DNA of 64,000 nt, taken from a virus. The position numbers were made by a program, and so were the translations under genes. Shown here one piece after another: positions 19,336-28,735 of this stretch. The notes below the pieces were generated by a model that was given only the letters and a program-made list of their open reading frames with translations, was not told the DNA's origin and ran no database searches. Every line of letters begins with the position of its first letter. Positions within the stretch are counted from its first letter, which is position 1. The stretch lies in IMG/VR virus record IMGVR_UViG_3300028103_000009. One strand, written 5' to 3'.

Positions 19336-22300
19336 ATGGCATCACTTACATCACCAGGCGTAGCCGTAACGGTAATCGACGAGAGTTTTTATACACCAGC
19401 TGAACCTGGTACGACTCCTTTGATTGTTGTGGCAACAGCCCAGAACAAGTTGAATGCTGCAGGAACAGCAACCGCAGCAGGAACATTACAAGCAAATGCA
19501 GGTAAAGCATTTAAGATCACTAGCCAGAAGGATTTGATTGATACCTTCGGCGTACCTTTCTTTGAAAAGACAGCTACAAATAATCCAATCCACGGTGGCG
19601 AACGCAACGAGTACGGTTTACTAGCAGCATACAGCTTGTTAGGCGTTACGAACTCAGTTTTTATCGTTCGTGCTAACATCGATCTAGACCAACTAGAACC
19701 CCAAACAACCGCCCCGGGAGCAGAAGCCAATAACGGTCAATGGTGGATGGACACCAAGGCAACAGCATGGGGTATCCAAGAATGGAACGGCATGGCAGCT
19801 TCAACAAAAGGCGGCCAAACATTTACAGCACAAGTTCCTTTAGTACTAACTGACGATGACGCCAGCAAGATCGATTCCGGAACAGGAGCACCTAAGGCAT
19901 CTGTAGGAGTCGACGGCAACTATGCTGTAGTATTCCAGTCAGGCAGCGCCAGTGTTGAAATGGCAACTATCTGGTACAAGCGTCCAGTAAGCCACCCAGC
20001 AGGAAGTGCATGGGTATTGGTAGGCAGCGAAGATTGGACTGCTTCACATCCAACAGTATACTCAGGCGCCAAGATTGACACCAGCATTGCAGCAGGTCAG
20101 ACATTTAAGATCAACGGCAATACTATCACTTTATCAGGTGCTAATAGAACAGCACTGCTAACAAACCTAGCAAATACTATCAATACTTTTAGTTCACAAG
20201 GCATTTCAGGTGCAGTAGTGAATGAAAAACTTTATCTTTACTTCTCCGGTAAGAATGAAGGCGACTCAAGTGTTAATGATGCTCTAAGCCTAGAAGACGG
20301 TACTGGTTCGTGGACAACTATCATGAAGATCAGCACAGGAGTACACTATGCTCCTAAGTTGGTACAAAGCCCACATACACAAGTTCCAGCATTTAAAGAA
20401 GATGATACAGCACCACGTCCAAGTGGTAGCGTATGGCTAAAGACCACAGAACCAAACAATGGTTCACGTTGGAGAATGAAGCGTTGGAGTACTGTAACTA
20501 AAGTATGGTCAGCTGTTGAAGCTTATCTATACGGCAGCACACACGAAGCTGACTATCAGCTCGATCGTGCAGGCGGTGGTAAGAATCTAACTGTCGATAC
20601 ACTATTCGTCCAGACAAACGCAGACGAGCTAACAGGTGCTAATCAAGCTCCAGGTACAGCAACTTTCCGTATCTGGCGCAGAGCTGTTAAGGGTGCTACT
20701 TCAGTAACATCGCCAGCTAAGACATCAGCATTTTCAGCAGGTGCAAAATCGATCACTATCAGCGAATCAGTGGTCGGTGCAATCGGTCTAAACTCTATGA
20801 CTGTTACAACCGCAGCCCTAACAGGCAGCGTTGGTTCAATCAGCGCAGACCTAGAAAAGATTGCAAAGGCCATCAACGACGCTGCTTATAACGAACTTAC
20901 AGACGTTGGTCTTAAGAATGTTAGTGCTACTGTTAACGAAGATAATAGTCTAACTATTACACACGCCGCAGGCGGCGAAATCCGTATTACAGATACTGAC
21001 GGTGTAGTTGGTTCACTATTTGGATCTACATACAATCCTTATACCAAATCAGGACTGGCAAACTTCTATGCATCACCAGAAGGTGTAGCAGTTAACGGTT
21101 ATGATTATCTAATCTCGAACTGGAGACCATTAGCTAGCGAAGGATTTATTCCAAGCAGCTCAGCTCCAACTAACGAGCCATCCGATGGTCAACTATGGTA
21201 CAACCCAACTGTTAGCGAAGTTGATATCCTAATACACAACGGTGTTACATGGAAAGGATACAGGAACGTATATTCAGGCACTTGGTCAGGTGGCCCTATT
21301 GTAAGTGCATCTAAGCCTACAGAGAATCCAGATGGCGGCGCACTAGCTAACAACGATCTATGGATTGATACTTCAGATGTTGAAATGTATCCAAGAATAT
21401 ATCGTTACAAGAATGCAGGTCTATCATCAGCAACATGGGTGTTGATTGACAGTGCAGATCAAACAACAGAAGAAGGCATTCTATTTGCTGATGCACGTTA
21501 CGGTGTATCAGGTGCAACTGGCAATATTGCAGGGGCTATTAAAGATCTTCTATCTTCAGACTATATCGACTTCGACGCTCCAGATCCAGCACTATATCCA
21601 AAGGGTATGTTGCTATGGAACACACGTAGAAGCGGTGGCAATGTTAAGCAGTATCATAACAGTTATGTTGACAAAGATGCAGATAACACACGTTATCTAG
21701 GTCAGGCACAGTCATTGTATGCAACCGGCAGCAATGATGCTAAAGTATTTGATCGTTGGGTAACAGCAAGTCCAAATAACGAAGACGGTTCAGGTTCATT
21801 CCTACGTCATGCTCAACGCAAAGTGGTTGTCAGCGCACTCAAGAGTGTTGTAGACACAAGTGCTGAGATCCGTGACGAAGAACGTCGTAACTTCAACATC
21901 ATTGCTGCTCCAGGGTATCCTGAACTAATGAGCAACTTGGTTAACTTGAATATCGACCGAGGATTGACAGCATTCGTTATCGGTGATACTCCATTACGCT
22001 TGCCAGCAGATGCTACAAGTCTAACAACATGGGGTACTAACGCTAATCTAGTTACAGACAACGGCGATGATGGTATCGTTACCTATGACAACTATCTATC
22101 AGTGTTCTATCCAAATGGATTTACCACAGACCTAGGTGGTTACAACGCAGTTGTTCCAGCATCACATATGATGCTAAAAACAATAACATTGAGCGACAAT
22201 GTAAGCTATCCTTGGTTTGCACCAGCAGGCACACGCCGTGGTGGTATTACTAACGCAACAGCAGTTGGTTATATCGATGCAGACACAGGTGAGTTCCAAA

Positions 22301-22737
22301 CCGTTGCTCTTAACAACGGACAGCGTGATACACTTTATGATCTAAAGATCAATCCAATCGCATTCTTTAATGGTGTTGGACTTGTTAACTATGGTCAAAA
22401 GACACGCGATCCTAACGCAAGCGCATTAGATCGTATTAACGTAGCTCGTCTAGTTGTTTACCTACGTAGCCAACTAAACAAACTTGCTCGTCCATACATT
22501 TTTGAACCTAATGACAAAATCACACGTGATGAGATTAAGCAGGCATGTGAAAGCCTATTGCTGGAGTTGGTAGGACTAAGGGCACTATACGACTTCGCAG
22601 TTGTTTGTGATGAATCTAACAACACACCAAGCAGAATTGATCGTAATGAGCTATGGGTAGACATTGCTATTAGTCCTGTCAAGGCAGTAGAGTTCATTTA
22701 CATCCCACTACGTGTTAAGAACACAGGAGAGATTTAA
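19336..22737 (+). CDS. gp18: Tail sheath protein (T4 gp18-like) with large insertion domains
   Basis: SPGVAVTVIDES, PWFAPAGTRRG, LDRINVARL, FEPND, VCDESNNTP, PVKAVEFIYI. Confidence 0.95.
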   Translation: MASLTSPGVAVTVIDESFYTPAEPGTTPLIVVATAQNKLNAAGTATAAGTLQANAGKAFKITSQKDLIDTFGVPFFEKTATNNPIHGGERNEYGLLAAYSLLGVTNSVFIVRANIDLDQLEPQTTAPGAEANNGQWWMDTKATAWGIQEWNGMAASTKGGQTFTAQVPLVLTDDDASKIDSGTGAPKASVGVDGNYAVVFQSGSASVEMATIWYKRPVSHPAGSAWVLVGSEDWTASHPTVYSGAKIDTSIAAGQTFKINGNTITLSGANRTALLTNLANTINTFSSQGISGAVVNEKLYLYFSGKNEGDSSVNDALSLEDGTGSWTTIMKISTGVHYAPKLVQSPHTQVPAFKEDDTAPRPSGSVWLKTTEPNNGSRWRMKRWSTVTKVWSAVEAYLYGSTHEADYQLDRAGGGKNLTVDTLFVQTNADELTGANQAPGTATFRIWRRAVKGATSVTSPAKTSAFSAGAKSITISESVVGAIGLNSMTVTTAALTGSVGSISADLEKIAKAINDAAYNELTDVGLKNVSATVNEDNSLTITHAAGGEIRITDTDGVVGSLFGSTYNPYTKSGLANFYASPEGVAVNGYDYLISNWRPLASEGFIPSSSAPTNEPSDGQLWYNPTVSEVDILIHNGVTWKGYRNVYSGTWSGGPIVSASKPTENPDGGALANNDLWIDTSDVEMYPRIYRYKNAGLSSATWVLIDSADQTTEEGILFADARYGVSGATGNIAGAIKDLLSSDYIDFDAPDPALYPKGMLLWNTRRSGGNVKQYHNSYVDKDADNTRYLGQAQSLYATGSNDAKVFDRWVTASPNNEDGSGSFLRHAQRKVVVSALKSVVDTSAEIRDEERRNFNIIAAPGYPELMSNLVNLNIDRGLTAFVIGDTPLRLPADATSLTTWGTNANLVTDNGDDGIVTYDNYLSVFYPNGFTTDLGGYNAVVPASHMMLKTITLSDNVSYPWFAPAGTRRGGITNATAVGYIDADTGEFQTVALNNGQRDTLYDLKINPIAFFNGVGLVNYGQKTRDPNASALDRINVARLVVYLRSQLNKLARPYIFEPNDKITRDEIKQACESLLLELVGLRALYDFAVVCDESNNTPSRIDRNELWVDIAISPVKAVEFIYIPLRVKNTGEI

Positions 22738-22739
22738 AA

Positions 22740-23390
22740 ATGCCTATCACATCATTAAACAACTTAACAGTTCCAACTAATGGCTCAGTCAGCACTCAAG
22801 TGCTGCTGATGCCTAAACTAAAGTATCGCTTTAGAGTGACACTATTAGGATTTGGCGTTGCAGCAGCTACTGAACTAACAAAGCAGGTAGCAGACGTAAC
22901 TCGTCCTAAAGTAGCATTCGAAGAGATTCCGTTGGATGTCTACAACAGCAAGGTATACCTAGCTGGTAAGTACACATTTGAAACTATCACGCTCACACTA
23001 CGTGACGATGCTAGCGGTCAAGTGCAGGCACTAGTAGGACAACAGATACAGAAGCAATACGATTTCATGGAACAAGCTTCAGCACGTTCTGGTATCGATT
23101 ACAAGTTTACTACACGTATCGAAGTACTAGACGGCGGAAACGGTGCTCTAACACCAAACGTTCTAGAAACTATCAACCTATATGGTTGCTTTGTACAGAA
23201 CGCAGACTATGGTGATCTAAACTATGGTACCAACGAAGCAGCAACAGTAGCATTAACCATCCGCTTTGATAACATGGAGCAATGGGCAGCTGGTCAAACT
23301 GCAACAAGTATCGTTGGTGGTATTGGTGCAGCAGTTGGCCGTCAGATCGCTACAGAAGCAACAACTGGAGCATTGGGCGCACAAGGTTAA
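22740..23390 (+). CDS. gp19: Tail tube protein (T4 gp19-like)
   Basis: Follows sheath; PKLKYRFRV, YLAGK..FETITLTLRDD, LTIRFDN. Confidence 0.85.
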   Translation: MPITSLNNLTVPTNGSVSTQVLLMPKLKYRFRVTLLGFGVAAATELTKQVADVTRPKVAFEEIPLDVYNSKVYLAGKYTFETITLTLRDDASGQVQALVGQQIQKQYDFMEQASARSGIDYKFTTRIEVLDGGNGALTPNVLETINLYGCFVQNADYGDLNYGTNEAATVALTIRFDNMEQWAAGQTATSIVGGIGAAVGRQIATEATTGALGAQG

Positions 23391-23410
23391 TAGTTATATT
23401 AACTCAGAAG

Positions 23411-23436
23411 AACCCGAGTTTATCTCGGGTTTTTTT
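23411..23436 (+). terminator. Rho-independent terminator
   Basis: aacccgag-tttat-ctcgggtt followed by T-tract. Confidence 0.85.
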
Positions 23437-23453
23437 GTGGCATAAATATTAGT

Positions 23454-24542
23454 ATGGCAAACTTCTTCACTCGATTTCTTAATGGCGTAGGTGCAGGACT
23501 TTTAACACCTAAAGGTATTAACAGTAACTGGCAGCATGCCACACGACTATTCATAGATGATACATTTAGACTCAGTCCAAGAACTAAGTTCTTATTCTAT
23601 GCTAGATTTGAAGTTGATAAAACAGCTCTAAGAAGCCCTGCATTTACCAATCGACATGCTGACGAGTTTGGTTTATTAATCAAAGGTGCAGACCTTCCTA
23701 AGTTTAGTTTTGACTCGATGGTCAAAAATCAATACAATAGAAAGAAGATAGTTTACAAAGCAATAAACTACGAGCCCGTTAATATAACTATGCACGATGA
23801 CAATGCCGGTATCGTTAATGCTTTATGGGCCTTGTACTACGGATACTATATCGCTGATCGTACACAGCCAAATGCAGCGTGGACTGCAACGCATCTAAGA
23901 CCAACAAAGACACCTAAAGATAATTTCCGTTATGGTCTTGATAATGAAATCAGCACTCCTTTCTTTAAAAGTATTACTATCTATACTATGAGCCGTAGGA
24001 GATTCCAGAGTTACACATTAGTAAACCCACGTATTAAAACTTGGAATCACGGCAACGTTGATTACAGTGAAGGTGGCACACTAGAAAGCCAAATGACTGT
24101 AGAATATGAAGCAGTGCAATACGGTGGCGGCACCGTAAGATCTAACAGTCCCAAAGGTTTTGCTACATTACATTATGATCTGTTACCAAGTCCTTTGAGT
24201 GTAGCCGGTGGCGGAGTTGCTACTCTTACAGGAGAAGGCGGCGTACTCGATGGCCTAGAACAAGTATTCGGTGACTTATCTAACGGCACAACTTTTGATA
24301 GTTTTGGAGGATTCCTTGGTACAGCTATCAAAGGAATCAACACCTATAAAAATCTAAGAGGATTGACCAAAGAAGGACTGGCCGGTGAGGCTGTCAACAT
24401 CTTAAGCAATCCAGGAAACATTGCTACAGCGGTATCTACAGTCGGAGGAGTCATAGGTGCTGTGTTTCCAAAGAATACATCGACCACTACTAACACACAA
24501 GCAACGCAGCGATCTATCATCGCACCTCCAGATCAAGGATAA
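23454..24542 (+). CDS. Tail tube-like / baseplate tube initiator protein
   Basis: ADLPKF, YEPVNITMHDD, MTVEYE resemble gp19/gp54-like folds; TAAATA 5 nt upstream. Confidence 0.55.
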   Translation: MANFFTRFLNGVGAGLLTPKGINSNWQHATRLFIDDTFRLSPRTKFLFYARFEVDKTALRSPAFTNRHADEFGLLIKGADLPKFSFDSMVKNQYNRKKIVYKAINYEPVNITMHDDNAGIVNALWALYYGYYIADRTQPNAAWTATHLRPTKTPKDNFRYGLDNEISTPFFKSITIYTMSRRRFQSYTLVNPRIKTWNHGNVDYSEGGTLESQMTVEYEAVQYGGGTVRSNSPKGFATLHYDLLPSPLSVAGGGVATLTGEGGVLDGLEQVFGDLSNGTTFDSFGGFLGTAIKGINTYKNLRGLTKEGLAGEAVNILSNPGNIATAVSTVGGVIGAVFPKNTSTTTNTQATQRSIIAPPDQG

Positions 24543-24545
24543 TAA

Positions 24546-24914
24546 ATGGCAACTAACTTACCTATCAGTACCCCTTCTGACAGTTCAGCAGGCACACGCC
24601 TATTCTTTGATACATATGGTCAAGAACCTTTGCAGTTTAACGCTTCAGAAGTTGATGCCACAGTTTCTTTTTTTAAAGGCAAAGGATTTGATGACGACGC
24701 CGCAGCAGTAGTGTCATCGACATTGCTAAAGCAGGCAAAACTAGACGGGACACCTATCTTTAGTATCTTGGATACATTAAAAGGGTTTAATGAACTAGAC
24801 CTAAGTTCTCTTGTCGGAGAAGTCTTAAACAATAATAGAACCTCTACGTCAACTCTAGGATTCAGGACTACACCTGTAGTAAACACAACCCATACTAGGA
24901 ATATCTTACCGTAA
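24546..24914 (+). CDS. Hypothetical (probable structural) protein
   Basis: ORF in late operon with AAGGA RBS. Confidence 0.6.
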   Translation: MATNLPISTPSDSSAGTRLFFDTYGQEPLQFNASEVDATVSFFKGKGFDDDAAAVVSSTLLKQAKLDGTPIFSILDTLKGFNELDLSSLVGEVLNNNRTSTSTLGFRTTPVVNTTHTRNILP

Positions 24915-25354
24915 TGCCCAAGTTTGCCCAAGGTTTTTTTGAAATGAAAAATCCTAGCAAATATGTAGGATTAAAGAAGCCATTAGCTAGAAGTAGTTGG
25001 GAGTTTGTATTCATGCGTATGCTTGACGAACACCCAGGAGTCGAAAACTGGGCTAGCGAGAGCGTACAGATACCTTATAGAGATCCCCTGACAGGACGCC
25101 AAACAATATATGTTCCGGATTTCTTTATTGTGTATATAGATAAAAACAAAAAGAAACATGCCGAACTAGTTGAAGTAAAGCCAGCAAGTCAGACGTTAAG
25201 AGAAAAAGTAGGAAAGAGTGCTTATAATCAACAGCAGTATATTAAAAATCTAGCCAAATGGGAAGCTGCAAGTAAGTGGTGCAAGCAGCAGAATATAAGG
25301 TTTAGGGTCGTAAATGAGAATGAGATTTTCCATCAGGGCGGCAATCGTAGATAA
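24914..25354 (+). CDS. Head completion protein (T4 gp4-like, TnsA endonuclease fold)
   Basis: KNPSKY.G, RSSWE, WASE.VQIPY, YVPDF, EVKP, KWEAA. Confidence 0.85.
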   Translation: MPKFAQGFFEMKNPSKYVGLKKPLARSSWEFVFMRMLDEHPGVENWASESVQIPYRDPLTGRQTIYVPDFFIVYIDKNKKKHAELVEVKPASQTLREKVGKSAYNQQQYIKNLAKWEAASKWCKQQNIRFRVVNENEIFHQGGNRR

Positions 25355-25361
25355 GTAAAGT

Positions 25362-25835
25362 ATGACCAAAAAACTTGAAGAATTATTCAACTTAGACCAG
25401 GCAAAAGAAGAAGAGCCAGCACCCGCGCCTCCTACACATCAGCAGGTACAAAGCCTTGATGACAGTTATAAAGCAGTAGCTGAGTTAACTAGAGGATTGC
25501 CGCAGATTGCCGAGTTAGATAACATTGATGATAAAGAGCTAGATGCTCTAGCTAGCAAAGCAGAAAAAGCCTATGATGATCTAATGGATTTGGGCATGAA
25601 TGTAGAAGTGCGTTACAGTGGGCGCATCTTTGAAGTAGCTGGTACTATGATGAAAAATGCCATAGACGCCAAAACAGCTAAAATAGACAAAAAGTTAAAA
25701 GCAGTAGATCTACAGCTAAAGAAGCTTAAAATCGATCAAGATACTAAATCTCCAGAAGGAGAAGTATTAAATGGTCAGGGTTACATAATCACTGACCGCA
25801 ACGAGCTATTGAAAAAATTGAGCCAAAAGGGCTAA
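25362..25835 (+). CDS. Probable terminase small subunit (gp16-like)
   Basis: Helical; GRIFEVAGTMM and C-terminal DRNELLKKL resemble gp16 motifs; near TerL. Confidence 0.5.
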   Translation: MTKKLEELFNLDQAKEEEPAPAPPTHQQVQSLDDSYKAVAELTRGLPQIAELDNIDDKELDALASKAEKAYDDLMDLGMNVEVRYSGRIFEVAGTMMKNAIDAKTAKIDKKLKAVDLQLKKLKIDQDTKSPEGEVLNGQGYIITDRNELLKKLSQKG

Positions 25836-25843
25836 ATATTAAT

Positions 25844-26452
25844 ATGAAAACATTTAAAGAATATCTGACAGAAAGCAAAAAAGTCTATAGCTTCAAGATC
25901 AAGGTAGCGGGCGAAGTTCCTGAAAAGTTTGAGGAAAACCTAAAATCCAGACTTGGACGCTGTAACGTTTTGACCCTGGAAAAACTAAACACCACACCTA
26001 TCCAGCAGCTTCCTATCGATTTTCCAGATCTTAAGAACTGCGAAGTTTCTATATATGAGATGGTTACAGAATATCCAACCATCACTACCGAGATTAAGAA
26101 TGAGCTAATGGCAATGGAAATGTGCCCAACTCACTTCCGTGTCAAGAACTCAGCAGATCCTACAGAAGAATACAATCAGCAAGGTACAGATCTACAATCT
26201 AAAGATGCCCTACTTACTGATGACAAGTACAAAGAAGCAGGCAAAGTAAAACAAAAAGATTACTTTGGTCCTGATTATAACAAAGGTTTTCTACAAGACT
26301 TAGCAAAAGCATCTAAGGCTCGTAAAAAAGAACTAGGACAAAAAGATATCAAATCAGAAGCATCAGCTTCGGGCCCAGACTATGGCAGCGATGGGGCTAA
26401 GAGTCCAGTTGGTTCACACCAGAACAAGATTCCAGACCCATACAAAGGATAA
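25844..26452 (+). CDS. Putative internal head protein
   Basis: N-terminus MKTFKEYLTE resembles the T4 capsid-targeting sequence; late promoter. Confidence 0.55.
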   Translation: MKTFKEYLTESKKVYSFKIKVAGEVPEKFEENLKSRLGRCNVLTLEKLNTTPIQQLPIDFPDLKNCEVSIYEMVTEYPTITTEIKNELMAMEMCPTHFRVKNSADPTEEYNQQGTDLQSKDALLTDDKYKEAGKVKQKDYFGPDYNKGFLQDLAKASKARKKELGQKDIKSEASASGPDYGSDGAKSPVGSHQNKIPDPYKG

Positions 26453-26455
26453 GAA

Positions 26456-27076
26456 ATGAATATACATGATCTATACAAAAAGATTGTCGCCTTAGATCAG
26501 CCAGTTGCTGAAGCTAAGATTGACGAGTGCGGAGAACCAATGGGCATGGGACAAGGTCCTATGTCTAGTCCTCCTCCTGCGCCACCAAGCCTAAGTGTTA
26601 ATCTAAATGCACAAGGCATGGACAACATTGAACAACTAATGCAACTGATCACAAAAGTGAACCCAGATGCAGCACCCAAGGCATTGTCCCCAATGGGTGG
26701 TAATGAGCCATCAATCGAAATCGAACCAATGGACAAGCCAGCAGGCGGTCTTCCTCCACTAAAGATGTTACCATTGGATCTAGACAAAGAAGAACCAGAA
26801 CACGATCAAGATGGCGGCGACATTGATCCTGAAGGTGAAGATGAACCAGAGGATGAAGCATTTGCTAACACTCCAGACGGTGTAGAAGGCGAGCCATTTA
26901 CTAAAGATACAGAATACATGACCAAGACTCTAGCAGGTGGTATGAACCGTGAAAAGGGTCAATATAAGCACAGCTACAAAGCAGGCGATAACCCAATGGC
27001 AATGCCAGAAAGCGATCTACGTGCTATGATCAAAGCTGAACTAGCACAACGTCTAGCAGAAGCCAAAGCTAGATAA
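26456..27076 (+). CDS. Acidic Pro-rich hypothetical protein (possible head/scaffold-associated)
   Basis: ORF with AAGGA RBS; low complexity. Confidence 0.55.
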   Translation: MNIHDLYKKIVALDQPVAEAKIDECGEPMGMGQGPMSSPPPAPPSLSVNLNAQGMDNIEQLMQLITKVNPDAAPKALSPMGGNEPSIEIEPMDKPAGGLPPLKMLPLDLDKEEPEHDQDGGDIDPEGEDEPEDEAFANTPDGVEGEPFTKDTEYMTKTLAGGMNREKGQYKHSYKAGDNPMAMPESDLRAMIKAELAQRLAEAKAR

Positions 27077-27094
27077 GCATAACAGCAAAGTCAG

Positions 27095-27120
27095 ATAGGC
27101 TCTTCGGAGCCTATTTTTTT
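27095..27120 (+). terminator. Rho-independent terminator
   Basis: ataggctc-ttcg-gagcctat followed by T-tract. Confidence 0.9.
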
Positions 27121-27134
27121 CTGTAAATAAATGT

Positions 27135-28724
27135 ATGGCAAAATCACTTGACGGCGTCTTAATCAAAAAAGCGCACAAACAAGATAGGTATACATTAGAA
27201 GAAGTACAGCACCTTGAGAAGTGTATGGATCCCGTTACAGGTCCATTATACTTCATGCGTAACTTTCTTAAGATCCAACATCCTGTACGTGGTGCTATTG
27301 ATTTTGAACCCTACGATTATCAGGTAAGACTTATAGAAGCATATCACAATCACAAAGATGTGATCGCTATGTTACCGCGACAGATGGGTAAAACAACCTG
27401 CGCCTGCGGATATCTTCTATGGTTTACTATGTTTGTTCCTGAAGCACAGGTTCTTATCGCTGCTCACAAATATGAGGGTGCGCAGGATATCATGAACCGC
27501 TATCGTTACGGATATGAAAACTTGCCCGACTTCATCCGAGCAGGTGTTATCAGCTACAACAGAAATACTATTGAATACGATAACGGTGCTCGTATACAAG
27601 CAACGACAACTACAGAAAATACTGGTCGTGGTAAATCTCTTTCTTTGATTTACTGTGACGAGTTTGCATTTGTGCAACCGCCTGAAAAAGCTAGAGAGTT
27701 CTGGACTGCTCTAAGTCCTACACTATCAACAGGTGGTCGTGCTATCATTACCTCAACACCAAACTCAGACGAAGATCAGTTTGCGCAGATCTGGACTGAA
27801 GCTAATAAAAAGTTTGACGAGTTTGGCAATGAGCAAGAGCTGGGTGTAAACGGATTCTTCCCATATTTTGCTACCTGGGACGAGCATCCGGATCGTGATG
27901 ATAAATGGGCTGCTACAGAACGTGCTAAGATCGGTGAGGAACGTTTCCGTCGTGAGTTTGACTGTGAGTTCTTGATCTTTGATGAAACACTGATCAACTC
28001 AGTTAGACTCTCTGAACTCGAAGGTGCAGATCCTAAGATGACCATGGGTCAATGCCGCTGGTACAAAGACATCAACCCCAAGGCTACTTACCTAGTAAGT
28101 CTAGATCCTAGTTTAGGTACAGGTGGCGACTATGGTGCTATACAGGTATTTGAAATGCCTGATATGATACAGGTAGCAGAGTGGCATCACAACACCACTC
28201 CGGTACAGCAACAAGTTAAAACTATGCGTGAGATACTGAAATACATCCACGATAGAGGTATGGAAAAGGGTGGTTCTGCTCCACAGATATATTATAGTGT
28301 AGAAAACAATAATATAGGTGAGGCAGCACTTATAGTTATAAACGATATAGGTGAAGAAAACTTCTACGGACTTTTCTTGAGCGAACCTATACGCAAAGGG
28401 CATGTGAGAAAGTTCCGTAAAGGATTTAACACTACACATAGAACTAAAATATCTACTTGTTCTATACTCAAGAACATGATAGAAACCAAGAAAATGACCA
28501 TACACAGCAAACCGCTGATTTCTGAGCTGAAATCGTTTGTAGCTAGCGGGCTAGGATTTAGTGCTAAAACCGGAGAGCACGACGACTTAGTGACGTCTAC
28601 ACTGCTGATTTTACGTATGGCCAGCGTACTAGCTGACTGGGATCCTAAGATCTACGACAAAATGACGGAAAAAGTCTCAGAAGAGAACATGCCGTTGCCT
28701 ATCTTTATTAGCACAGGGTTTTGA
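27135..28724 (+). CDS. terL: Terminase large subunit (T4 gp17-like)
   Basis: PRQMGKTT Walker A, IYCDEFAF Walker B, TSTP, LDPSLG nuclease, HDDLV. Confidence 0.95.
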   Translation: MAKSLDGVLIKKAHKQDRYTLEEVQHLEKCMDPVTGPLYFMRNFLKIQHPVRGAIDFEPYDYQVRLIEAYHNHKDVIAMLPRQMGKTTCACGYLLWFTMFVPEAQVLIAAHKYEGAQDIMNRYRYGYENLPDFIRAGVISYNRNTIEYDNGARIQATTTTENTGRGKSLSLIYCDEFAFVQPPEKAREFWTALSPTLSTGGRAIITSTPNSDEDQFAQIWTEANKKFDEFGNEQELGVNGFFPYFATWDEHPDRDDKWAATERAKIGEERFRREFDCEFLIFDETLINSVRLSELEGADPKMTMGQCRWYKDINPKATYLVSLDPSLGTGGDYGAIQVFEMPDMIQVAEWHHNTTPVQQQVKTMREILKYIHDRGMEKGGSAPQIYYSVENNNIGEAALIVINDIGEENFYGLFLSEPIRKGHVRKFRKGFNTTHRTKISTCSILKNMIETKKMTIHSKPLISELKSFVASGLGFSAKTGEHDDLVTSTLLILRMASVLADWDPKIYDKMTEKVSEENMPLPIFISTGF

Positions 28725-28735
28725 TAAATATTACT